In this document: piece after piece, positions 27,061-39,666 of the stretch | Layout of the letters: every line of letters starts with the position of its first letter | Position numbering within the stretch: position 1 is the first letter of the stretch | Assembly (NCBI GenBank): GCA_973895155.1 | Contig: OZ316894.1 | Location: 17,762,563 to 17,826,562, forward strand | Direction of reading: 5' to 3' | Source of the DNA: Marsupella aquatica | Taxonomy: Eukaryota > Plantae > Marchantiophyta | DNA length: 64,000 nucleotides | Made by a program: the position numbers and the translations under genes | Notes under the pieces: model-generated | Seen by the model: the letters and a program-made list of their open reading frames with translations, nothing else | Database searches by the model: none | Told to the model about the DNA's origin: nothing

Positions 27061-30000
27061 TTCGCTCTAAGTCACTGGCAGTTCGCTTTAAGTCACGTAC
27101 TAGATTGAGTCAACTTAGAGTTCACAACAGTGCTTCACTACCTAAATCAAAGTTTCATAAGTCTATCTGTATAGGGGGGAGAATTTATAAGTACTTGTTT
27201 TTTGGGCTCAACAGCAATGACCATCTCTCATTTCACCCCGTCATTTTAAGGTATGACTCTATTGAAGATATGTACCAATCACATTGAAGAACGATCGAGT
27301 TAACTCTAGGTCTGCACTTTTGCATAGGTACGCATTTTCCAGCCAGAGTGTAAGCGAGTACATTAGTGTACTGAATAGTATCTACACTAGTCTATCCTAT
27401 CCTCCGTTCCCACATTTGCGGACACACAGCAAGTAGCTCTCGATCAGATAACGATCTCCCACTCCCTGTCCTACAAAGTTACCTGGTAGATGGGGGGCTC
27501 TAGCTGTCCGGCAAAGCTACATGGCAGATGAAATGGCCCTATCCGTCCTACTTCTGGTCTTCCAGTAGGGCACTTATGTACTACTCTACCAAGATGGCAT
27601 CCAGACTGCAGAATGCAAAGAGCCGAAATGACCTGAAATGATTGTCATCAGCACCGAAAAGTGGCTTCACATGAAATGTACTGCTGAAAAGTACCGTCAT
27701 ATGAAATGTCATCTGTTGAGACACTGTCTGCCAAGGTTGGGATCCCAGTGCAGGTTGAGACATCTGCTCATCACCGCTTCTCCAAGACTCCACAGCACCT
27801 GGCCGTCTTGTAGCATCAAAGTTCATATTTACCTGACGGCCTGGGTCAGATTAGATCTGCCTCAGATTCGATCCACAGTGCTGACAACAAGAGTTACTCG
27901 ATCTGGGACAAGACAAGATAAGGTCACGAGTAACGTCAATTTAACTTGGCCACTGCGCTGTCACCTGTTCCATTATTTTCTTCCCATGCGGACTTGTTGC
28001 CGTCCTACCAACAAACCGTCTCTGAATCGCCGTCTGCTGGCCCCAGCTGCTCTTCTGTGCCCTCCAATGCTATTCTAGGCTTCCTGAGGCTGTTGTTCTT
28101 CGGAGCAACCACCCCAACTGACTGCCCATACCCATCCTTCGTGCTGTCCAAAACTGGTTCGATCCGAAGAATCCGAACGACGAACGAGGGAATTTCGTAA
28201 TAGAAAAATTGTCCCCGTCACTTGCTTTAATTTTGCCGTAGAGCGTATCCATTCAGAAGACCTACCGAATCTTAAGGTTGTTTGTTGATCAAGATGTCAC
28301 CAAGGAGAATATTAACTTGCTTGGATCGAGGTGCTTTAGCTTTAGCAGGTGTGGGAAATTTGGGATGGAGAGCCCAATCATCTGATCTTCCAAAATGCAC
28401 GCAGAAGCTGTGACCGTAACGACAACAGTCAACCTCCGGGAAAGCATTGCCATGGAGCTAGCAATGGCAATGGCCCCTTTGAAAGGACGGGTACGTAAGC
28501 GGTGGGTAAAATATCAATTGCAACATGAGCACAAAACTTGTCCAATGCGAACAGTGTCTCATCTAACGACCCTAGGGATCTGTAGACAATCTCTCTCAAT
28601 GTTGGTTACCGGTAAACTCCAAAAAGAGAAGCCGCAAAGTCTACTACAGCCGCAGCATGAATAACAAGCCGGCATTCCATACTGTTTCTCTACTTCACAC
28701 ATGAGTGCCACATGAAAGTATAAGACTGAACTTCTCACAGAGCTGTCATTTCGAGTGAAATTCTTTGAAATCTTCGATCGAGGCAAATGATGTTCTCACA
28801 GATTACACGAGGTAACCGTACTCTACTAATTAATAACCAATTCCTGAAAATCTTCAGTTAAAATCTTCCGTAAGCTTTACAACTGGATTCGAGGCCCCAA
28901 CAACAGCCCAAAATTTTACTTTTCTCCGGAGAAGAATATTTCGAAAAATGTTCCATTGTTTCTCTTAGAAATCTAGATTTTTGTGTGCCCACACATAGTT
29001 TTCACTCGTTTGAACACATCCAGGCAATTTTTGGATTAGGCTTGCGCTACTGCAGAAAACAAATTATTGTTCGCAGCGGAAATTAACGTTTTACTGATCC
29101 AGATGGCAACCACAGTAGTCAAGTCCACCGATAGGTACTGAGCTCTACAGGCACTCCTCCAGTGCTGTAGAGGCGACACAACAAACCTTGGAATATTTCC
29201 CTGTTCGTTGTCATGTGGGCAAGCACTGCATTCCCGTTTGATCTGATGAGAAGGGAAATTCAGAACCACAGATGAACGCATCAACCATCTCCTAGGCAGC
29301 CCAGCGTAGCCCAGCCCTGCAACCTGTCCAGAAAGGTATAGCTAGCGCTCACCAACCAACAAAATTAACAGAACACGTGCACCGTTAGGAAAGAGACGCA
29401 TCATTGGCAGCCATCAGTTCTCCCCTTGCTAGATTGATTGATGCTTCTGTTGTGCTCCTCTCTTTACATCTGCGACAGTTTCCTTGCCAGATTTGGGTTT
29501 TTCGTTGACCGGGTTCCTGCTACTGCTGTAGCTCAAGGGATCCGTAGCCTACACGATAACACGAAGCTCGTTTCTCTTAATCTTTTTCCTCACTGTAGTG
29601 GGACAAGCCGTGTCCTGCGGCCCCGCCCATCCCACGGTCCTGCCATGGACAAACACAACAGGACTTTGCTCATCCAACAAAAAGTGTAAACAAAGAAAAA
29701 TATCTAGAGAACTGATTGAATGAGTTTAAAGGGAAAGTACAACAAGCTGTACTATGTACATTCAGAATCTCCGAGAGCCAGAGTTCCATGAAGATGAAGA
29801 GAGTTGTTTCAAGGAACGACGACGAAGATGAAGGAATTGAATTCAAGAGTAATTTGACTTGTTCGATAAAGCTCAAAACTGTAGCAGTTTTAATGAATAA
29901 CCCCAATAGTAATTTTAACTAACAGAAAGTTTTGTAGAATTTAGGGGTTTCGTGAGTGTAGATCAACGGTCAGCAATTTCTGTAGTGTATCTCTATAAAG

Positions 30001-30559
30001 ACAATGACTGTAGTTGTTTATTGAATGAATCAACTCAAGAGCAATTTTCAACTGCATCGGGCAGAAATTCTTTAGTGTATATGTTCTACAAAGTTGATGA
30101 CTGTACTTGTTTATGTCTAACATCCAGTCAGAATGTCCCATCGTGCTCAAAGATGAGTACTATAAATTTCAACGAATCAGTTCATGAATTCAATATTGGA
30201 CTACATATAGTAATTCAGTGTATTGTGTAGTTTTGTATGGTACATGACTACTATTCTTAGAATGAGTGAATTCAAGAGAAAAGTGGAACTACACAATTCA
30301 GAATCTTCCGTAATGTTCATCAATAGGTGATGACGTACAGGAGACCATTTGAGCTCTTTCGAACAACCCTTCATGCACGCTCACCTTCTCCGCACATGGG
30401 TCACTGACAGTACAGCTCCTCGCAAAAGCCTTAGAATTGAGCAGGGCATACAAATGGCATACAATTGTTTTTGATGCAATGCGAAGTAGGATAGAATGAT
30501 TGCCAATTCAATCAGATCTACACTCAGGAGAAAATCCTTCAGTCAAATCGGGGTTACTG

Positions 30560-31380
30560 TAAGTTTAACTGACAACTGACGATCAAAATTGAGCACCCCA
30601 AACCTCTTGCAGCAATCACAACCGACGTATTGGATTATTTAAACTCAGTGATATATATGGCAGAACATGGTTGGTTGAGATAACTGAATAGATTTGGTGA
30701 AAAGTAAGGCAATTCGACCTCTTGCCAGAAACCCACAATCAACCGTCGTTCACAAAAAGATAATGTCTGGATTGCAGAAATTCCGATGATATTGAACTCG
30801 ATCTATTAATCATCGTTGGCAGAACTTCTGACAAAATTGATTGTGGTCGTTTCAGATGAACTCAGATTTTGACCACAAGAAAGGCCATTCAACCTCTGGC
30901 CAGAAATCACGACCCACCGTCGATAGAATGATCATGTCATGGACAGCAGACATTTCGATTATTTTTTGAACTCTTTGAACTCTATCATCACTGGCAGAAT
31001 TGCTGACGACATTGATTGTGGTTGTTTCAGATAAACTGAGATTTGACCAAAATGAGGCGATTAAAATCTCCGTCGTTAACCTACGTCATGGTCGCAGATT
31101 TTATTATTATTTTGAAGTCTGTGATGAATGACAGAACTTCTGACGATAATGATTTGTTTGGATAGAACTTATGACGATAATGATTTGTGGTTGTTTCGAT
31201 AAACTGAGAGTGACAAAAAGTAAGGCAATTTTCCTCATAAACTAACATTGTGACCAAAACTAATGCCATTCAAACCCACCGTCGTTAAAAGAACAATGTC
31301 TGGATTGCAGAAATAGAAACGTAGAATATTTTGAACTCTGCGATGATGAATGGCAGAACTTCTGAATGTTTTTTGACCAA
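30560..31380. repeat. Degenerate ~170-190-bp tandem repeat, 4-5 copies
   Basis: Recurrent ggcagaacttctgac..ttgtgg.tgtttc.gataaactgaga...aaggcaatt and aatgtctggattgcagaaat. Confidence 0.75.
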
Positions 31381-31947
31381 AACTGGGCTCTCCAGTTCAT
31401 TCATTGCCCACGCTGACAGATCAAGTACCTAGAGTGGGAAATCTATCTCTCTGACCGCACGGTACGGATCCATCTGGCAGTAGTCGCAGGGGAACTAGGG
31501 AAGAAAAAGAACCCTACTAACCTTGCCCTGAGAGATTGAAGCGTTGGAGATCGAGGGAAAAGGAAACCTTGCCCCGATCCGTTGGTCAAATCTCGTGATT
31601 CATCTGATTTCCGAGACAGAGAGATCGAGTGAGAGAGAATCTCGAGACGGGGTAGGAGGAGCATGACTCCCCCCAAGTGGAAAGGATGGGAGGGCGCAGT
31701 TCACGGGAATGCAGCTGTCGATTGGGGAGTAGCTACTGCCGACTTTAGGAAGGAGATGCTAGTGAGCTTAAAGACGATCAAATCATCTGATGAAATCATC
31801 GAGAATGTACGGTAGTCTGCCTCAGCTTCGCCGTTGCCAGCTGAAAAAAGCATACTGCTGCAAATCATATGCCTGCACCAACGGATTCTTTCCCTCTCCG
31901 TTTCCCAATACTGGGCATCTCGTTAGACCACAGCTGCCCCTATGTCG

Positions 31948-32260
31948 ATAATGATTGTCTGGGTGACTACAGTAGCTATAAGTATAGATAATTTGTCTGG
32001 GGTGTTACTATAGTAGCTATAAGTATAAGATAATGAGTGTCTGGGGTGTTACTACAATAGCTATAAGTATTTGATAATGAAGGTCTGGGGTGTTACTATA
32101 GTAGCTTGTGGGGTGTTACTACAGCAGCTATAAGTATAGGATAATGACTGTCTGGGGTGTCACTACAGTAGCTATAAGTATAGGGTAATGACAATCTGGG
32201 GTGTTACTACAGTAGCTAAGGGTGTTCCTACAATAGTTATAAGTATAGGATAATGACTAT
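31948..32260. repeat. ~41-bp minisatellite, about 7 copies
   Basis: gtctggggtgttacta(c/t)agtagctataagtata.gataatga repeated in tandem. Confidence 0.92.
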
Positions 32261-33060
32261 TTGGTCTGGGGTGACTATTTGGTCTAAGGTTACTAGCCTG
32301 TAACCCTCTCCCATGCGTCTGGGGTGAATTTTTGGTCTAGGGTTACTAGCCTGTAACACTCTACCAGAAAGTGAGAAAAGCTGGGGAAGCATTTCTAAGG
32401 TGTTGGGGAGCTGGGTTCAGGAGCTGGGTTCAGGCTAGAATCGCTGCCCAGACCTCCGTTATAGTATGTACTGTAGTTAGTGTTTGGGTTACTAGTGGGC
32501 AAGAGAATACCAAGTGCCATTGAAAATGGTTTCACATTAGTAACGGACATTTTGCACAGAAATTACATATAGGATAATGGCACTCCGGTATGGGATTACT
32601 ACTCTCTGACCAGAAAGTAAGAAAAACTTGGCTGGCAGTAATGGGAAGATTTTCTGAGCTGTCTTGGAGTAGGGTTCAGGCTAGAACCCTTGCCCAGGCC
32701 TCCATTATAGTATGTAATTAGTGGTTGAAAAAGGTTACTTTCAGGCTAAAGATTATGGGAATAGCATGCCAAGTACCTTTGAAAATGGTTACACACCAAT
32801 AACCTGCAGTTCCGCACAGAAATTACATATAGGATAATGGCAGTCAAGTATGGGGTTACTAGCATGTGCCCAGAAAGTAAGAAAAACTTGACTGGCGGCA
32901 ATGGGAGCTTTTCTAAGCTGTCTTGGAGCAGGCTAGAACCCTTGCCCCGATCTATGCCGATATAGTAGGTAATAAGTATCCGGAAAAGGATTACTTCGGG
33001 GCAAGAGATTATGGGAGTAACAGGTACTTCCAAACATGATTACACATTGGTAACCTTCAT
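32260..33060. repeat. Degenerate ~240-bp tandem repeat, about 3 copies
   Basis: ccagaaagt.agaaaa..., gcacagaaattacatataggataatggca and ggctagaaccct.gccc recur. Confidence 0.75.
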
Positions 33061-36000
33061 TCCGTACATAAACTATTAAAGGGGTTGCTCCTAATAGACC
33101 ACTTTTCATTTGCCTAAACTCTAGACTTACCCTATAGGTTCTCCCTAACATAATAATTAGTTAGTCTACATATACTTATGTATGGAGCTAATACATGTTC
33201 TCCTTTTTTGCTACTTTGATTTATAATATTAAAACACGATAGAGATAACTGTAAAGTTGTACATCTTTCAAACTTGGTTAGCAATTCAAGAAACCATGGT
33301 TGAGTTTGAAATATCCATTAAGTCACTCATCTTTCACAAAATGGTTGAGTTAAGCTAAAACCTTACTAGAGTCAAATTTAAGTGGACAGGTGTCATCATC
33401 CTGCAGCTCTAGCCTGGCTAACCTTTGGTTACATTGATGGCGGCTATAGTTACAATTTTATGGGGTACAAAAGGAATCCATAAAAGTGCATAGGGCACAG
33501 ACTGCATAGAAAATCCACCAAAGGAGACATTTGCAATGCCCAAGATTTTCTATGCAGTCTGTGCCAAAACTAAGCATAAACTTACCCCAATATTCTCTCC
33601 CTCTCCTTGCCCACACCCTTGACCTCCTACCCATTTTCTTTCCTTGTCTCCCAATCCTAACTCACTTATTCTTTTTTATTTCTCTTTCATCTGATTGGTT
33701 TGATGAGGATCGTAAAACTTTTCAAACATTCCTTTTCCTTTAAATTTTTCAAGTAAGTAGGCGCCCCAAGCTAGGCAGAAACCTAACAAAAAATGTCAGC
33801 CCAAACGGACTTGAGACAGCAAAATTGTGGTAGGGTATTGACTACCATAGGTTATTGACTACCATAGTAGTAGACTTGCAACGTCATTTAAACCCAAGAG
33901 AAATAGCTGACTAACTTAAAGTACCCTCATTTTAAAGTGAACACCATCAGTGCTAATCAATATCAACATTTGACCATGCACAACATGCACCTTTCATTCA
34001 TTGTGAAATAGTGTCATGTACTGTTATTGTTGTTAGCCAATGATTGATCAAATGAGTCAACTTGAGTTAGGAATACTTTACAAGACGTGGGTAGTGGGGG
34101 CACTTGGGTAGTTTTTTTCACCAAAAGCAAACTACAGTGCCATTGCACACACTAACAATAGTGTCCAGGGGCTAAAAGCATTTTTTGAATCCTTTTATTG
34201 CCCCATAAAGCCAAGTGCACCTAGTGGTGCGAGATTAATTTACTAAAAGACAGATTGAGTATCCACTCCACTTGAATGTCAAGTAGTCTTTGGCTAAAGT
34301 CTTTGTAGATGTGAGAAGAGAAGATCTTCATGAAGGACTTGTGGGTCCCTTTGTATGCAAATGACTTAAAATAGAAATGTACCAAGAGGCCACAAGAAGA
34401 GACCTCCAAGAGTGGTGGTGTAACATCTAGGACAAAATAGTGCTCCACATAAGCAAAAATTGGGCCCCACTACATTCCATGTAGGATTGGAAACAGGTTG
34501 GGATGAAAGTGCCCCCAACTTTTTGTAAAGTGAACAGTAACAGTTTCTCCCAAATAGATGGTTCTGATCAGATCTTGGAGATCAAACAAATGTGGAAACT
34601 TCCCCTAACGTCTTGTAAAGTCACCCATAGTTTTTGTTTCTTAGAGTAAATACATTCTACAACTATATTAAGGATATCATGTTTTTTTTCCTTTGTCCCA
34701 ATACCCAAAAAAAAAGCTCTTGGGCTGGAAAGATCCAGATCCAGAGCTATTGGATTTGTTTGGCTATTTTCCCTGACCATTGATGGAAGAAATGTGCACT
34801 TCTGGCACATATGTGCTTCTCCACTCTACCCCATAAACACCCCAGCCCGACTCCCTATGGACTGGTCCTCCTTGCGCCGTGCAACGCAAAGGCATAGGGC
34901 TTGTTGTATATAAATAAACAATTAGTATTGTTACAATCTGAAAAGGAAATGCAACTGTTATAATATTTTAAGTTTTTGTCCATGCTCTTTGTTATTTGGC
35001 ATGTTAATTTTTCTTGATTTTTTTTCTGTTCCCCCATCTACCTGGTGATGTGACATAACAACAGTTCACGAATTTTGGAAAGAATTTGTAATGGGTTGGT
35101 AAAAACTCTTTTGGGTAATTTCTTAAAAGAATATAAAGTATTCCTGTTCATTTCCCATCATAACATCCTCATCAATATACTGTGAAAATTATGTTTTGCT
35201 GATTTCCACAAATAAGACAGAGTACTTAAGATGTGGAATGTAGACCTTGGTGAGATCCAAAATCATTTGAGTCGTCCATAAAATATTATGGTTAACTAAT
35301 GAAATTATGTTGATACACAAAATTACAATTTGCTCTTTTGTCTGTAGGAGGGTACATACTTTTAACTACATTGTCATTAAAAATATGTTCCATTTGACAA
35401 TCTTGCCACTATTCTTATTGTATTTACATATATGTCACAATTTTAGTATATGGTTATCTTGTTGAATTTGTCGTCCACTACAACCTCCTTAGGAGTATTT
35501 TCTGTCTAGACTATGTAGGGCACAATTTCAGTCTAGACTGCATAGGTTCAAGTTTGTGAATTTCAAGTGATGAACCATGGTAGACTACGACGACCCGCAT
35601 GGTGGATTAGGCATTGTAGACTGCGATGACAAGCGTGGTGGACTGGGCCTGGGAGCACTGTGCACTACGAGGCAATGAATGTGGTTAACTGTACATAGTA
35701 GGTACCATAGTGTGCAAGAACAGGTGTACGGGTCATTAAAAGGGGTCCTACTTGGTAAGAAAAGTTTCACTGGGGCCCATCTGGTAAACAAGTTTCACGA
35801 GGGGACCCATCAAGCATATATCTCTCGCTTGGAGAATTCAGCAATCATTGCACCTTTGTGCAATGGTCGCTGTTGTGTCACTTTGTTTCTTCTCAAAGAA
35901 ACTTAGTTCTGGAGTTCTACTGTGGGGATTCCATTTTGAGTCATCCATTCAAAAATGTTTCCCTGCGCAGGAGACTAAGGGAGGCAACAATGTCATTACC

Positions 36001-36339
36001 ATAGGATTTGACAGGTTAATGCCTGAAGACACAATGGATTATGTTTTCCCGTGTTTCAAGGTTTAGGGTTTAAAATGTACCCCAACACCTTTGGGTCTGT
36101 CTTCTTTTGGAATTGTTTGTATGCATTGCGCAGGGGAGTATCACCATTTTTTTAGCATATTGTCAATCATTTGTCAATTTTTGTCGTGGCAGCAGTGAGG
36201 GAATTCCAAACATTGAACTTGAATATTCACTCTGGACATTTGAAGGTACTCCGCACTGACACTAATAGCTGTGCATGAAAACATCATGAAAAACCCTTGT
36301 GCACTGCTTGAAAACCATACCTAACGACTACCCCGCAAT

Positions 36340-36700
36340 ACGGTAAAAATTTGAACTCAAAGACATAATCCATATTGTATTCAAGTCGCGGTTTGGGCAG
36401 CGGCAGCCACTTTTTGCGGTTCTCCCACATCATCTCCGCGGTTTCACCTGTTTCTCTCACATGTTTCTTCAAGCATGCAGGGGTGGCCTCCTGCACAGTC
36501 CAACAGTCACAAAAAAATCCGTACAAGCAAACCTAATGACTACCCCACAATCGGTCAAATTTTGAATTTAAAGACATAATGCATATTGTCTTCAAATCAC
36601 AGTTTTGGCAGCGGCAGCCAATTTTTGCGGTGTCTTCCAAATAAACTCCGTGGTTTCTTGGTCGACCATGCAGGGTCAACCGTTCAGTCCAACCATGCAG
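36340..36700. repeat. Two-copy diverged duplication
   Basis: aaatt(t)tgaa.t.aaagacataat.catattgt...ggcagcggcagcca.tttttgcggt at ~36347 and ~36557. Confidence 0.7.
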
Positions 36701-38139
36701 TTTTCCTGGAGTCATGGTTGACCATAGTCTTTCTGAAAAATGTGGTTGGTCACTCCATGAAGGAAAAACTCGTTACAATGCCTGTGATAAGAACATCTGA
36801 CAAAAAATACTGACAAGGGGCCTATTAGGTAAGAGAAGTTACCTAGGGGCCTATCAGGTAAGGTTCACCAGGGGGCCCATCAAGCATATATCTCCTCCAA
36901 GCGAACAAGAAGAAACCAAACCACACTACAGTATGTACAATCAAAGTTTGCCCTTGACATTTGCTCAGGAGAAACTTGAGGGCAGTCTGGACCAGAACAT
37001 TTGACCTTTGACATATGTCTCTGTCATAGACGACAGAATATGACCTGTGGTTCACCCTTCTCAGCCTTTGGTTAGTGTAATTTAAAAGCATTATATATTT
37101 ATAAAAACAAAAAACTAAGTGAACTATTATGAATGGGAACATCTTTAGTGATAGAGTGATTAAAAGTTATATAATTGTATTGTATGTGAAATGAATAATT
37201 TATACTGAAACTTGTGGTTTTAAATGTATAGGAGTGACTGAAAGACTACTCAAATTTGAGCAAGATCAGCTTTTCTCAGGAGGCCTTGTTTGCTTGTGTT
37301 TGGCTTCATGGAGTTTGCTATAAGAGGGGCCAAACTTTTTGAAGTTCTGTAACCCATGTAGGGCAAGTGAGGCTGATCCTAAGGCCAAAGTAGTGACACA
37401 CTTCATGGTCTTCATTGACAATGTCTGGCCATTTATGAGGCTGTCACTATGTCTAAGCTGACCTGGTCAACTGTGAGGACGGCCCGGGCCAACTTAAACA
37501 CCCCTAGTAAGTGCATTGACACCTAACTAAGTGCCACCTTGATAAGTGGAATACTGCTATACACAATCATTTTTGTTACATAAAAGAGTAATCTAAAGCA
37601 TTTCAATGATGTAGAACACTCCAGATCTAATAGAAATTTGTGTCGACACCACTAACATCTGACTCCCTGAACCTACCTTGAACACACATGCAGTCAAGTA
37701 GTGGCAACTACACTCTCTCCTCCATGCATCTTCACATATGATGATTTAACCCTGGATGTAGTCTCCTAGTGGATGCTCTAAACCCTCTTATAATCTATGT
37801 CATCACTGGCCTCTACATGATTTAGGAAACCCTCACAACACCATAAGTAGTCACTAATGTACTCAATCAAAGTAAAAAGTCGGAACCAAAAGTGACAATT
37901 TTTTCCTCCCACTATTTCTGGGACAGTGAAGGTGTAAGTATAAGTTTCACTTGAGAAGACTTGTTAGGGTCTGTTTGACCCAATAAAGAATCTCTTGAAA
38001 GACTTATTTGAGGGGCAAATTATGGGCCAAATACTCCAAAATCTTTCAACAAAGTAAACCTTTCTGTAAAGTGGATCCCTCCGTTTTCTTCTCTCTTTGA
38101 TCAAAAACTAGCATGAAAAGGTAGTACGGCCTCACGGGT

Positions 38140-38780
38140 ATTTTGTGGCACCTTTGGTGTGCTCTCGGCTGACCCTTTGGAACTGTCGTCTGGTGGACTT
38201 ACTCTTGTACCTTAGTAAGGGAATCTTTCAAGACAAAATAAAGGGGGATGAAAGGGTACTTCTCAATCTGTTATCTACACATGGGGTTAGATATTTAACT
38301 ACTTTTTGCGTATCCCCCTTTTGTGCCAAAAAGCTTGGTTTTTGGTGGCACGTTTGGTGTGCTCTCTTTTGAGCCTTTGGAACTGCCCCTTGTGTACTTC
38401 CTGCTTGTACCTTCAAGGGAATCTTTGAAAACAAGATAAAGGGAATAGTTTTAGTTAAGAAAGTTGAGGAAACAGGTATGAACACCAAAAAGCGGGATGA
38501 AAGGGTACTTCTCAAACTGTGATCTACATTGGGGTTAGATTTAATACTTTTTGGGCATCAATTCCAGTGCCAGAAAACCTTGGTTTTGGTGGCACATTTC
38601 GTCAGCTCTCGCTAATCCCTTAGAGCTGTCTTCTTGTGGACTTCCTGCTCCTTTCGTCAGCTCTCGCTAATCCCTTGGAACTGTCTTCTTGTGGACTTCC
38701 TGCTTGTACCTCAATAGAGGAATCTTTCAGAGCAAACTAAAGGGAGTAGTTATAAAGTTTGAGCAAAACAGGTGCGAACA
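38140..38780. repeat. Degenerate tandem repeat, about 3 copies
   Basis: ttggaactg.c..c.tgtg.acttcctgcttgtacct...ggaatcttt...aaaggg and gggatgaaagggtacttctcaa recur. Confidence 0.75.
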
Positions 38781-39425
38781 GCAAAAAGCTTTTAGTTCCT
38801 CTTTCTTGGTGTTTAGAGGTTCTCTATTGCTCACTTTTTTTACGTTTGGTTTTGTCCACTTGGATCCTCTTTTGTTTGTTCATTTGTACTCTGTTTGGTC
38901 CCTTTCTATAAAAATTGTGTATATTTTCTCCAAAAGAGTGGGGTGAGAGGGTAATTCTCAAACTGTCGCCTTTCGTTGGGAGGGGGGCGGATGTCGCAAG
39001 GGGTTCGATATTAAAATACTTTTAGTGTGCCTCTTTCAATGCCAAAAAACTTATGATCCTTCTTTTCTTGCCCATGATTAAAGGTTGACAGTGCAACTGT
39101 TTTTTAAAAATTGTGAGACTGCCTAGTCAGAGAAGCTGCACATGCCACACGGCACGAAACAATTGGTCCATCCGACATATATTATTGGAGCCTGTGTTTA
39201 GTACTAGGATTAATTAGATATTGGGCTTTGCATAGGGTAGGCATAATTTGAATGCAAAAGTTTGGGGGGAGATATGGGGGGAGATTGAGGTGGTGGTACA
39301 AGGGTTTTGGGAGTTATTTCAAGATTGTGTTGGACCAGGTGTTGGACAAGGCTGGGGGCAGAATATCCTGTACATTCTATAGCTTTTGACCAGCTAGGGA
39401 TTTGACATGAGGCCACCACGCATTG

Positions 39426-39666
39426 TGTTGAGCATAGACGACATTCGTAACGGCAAGCCCATGAACCATCCAACGCACAAGAGTCGACCCAGAGAGATAC
39501 GTGGTTCACCTCCACATGAGGCTACGTCCACGGGAACACACAAGAGCTTTACTGCACTCTAGGCCGACCGGCCATACCAAGCATCCACAGCACAAGCTCT
39601 CCCTATCTCTCAACTAGCTCCGTAACAATGAGCCTAAGTTCCTCCAGGGTCTGGCATCAACCCTGG
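39426..39666 (-). repeat. Copia 3' LTR, first part (241 bp), interrupted
   Basis: Matches 50663-50903 except for 2 substitutions. Confidence 0.96.

Noticed and set aside
31948-32260. CRISPR-like regular repeat
   Set aside because: The units abut without unique spacers, there are no cas genes and the context is eukaryotic. It is a minisatellite.
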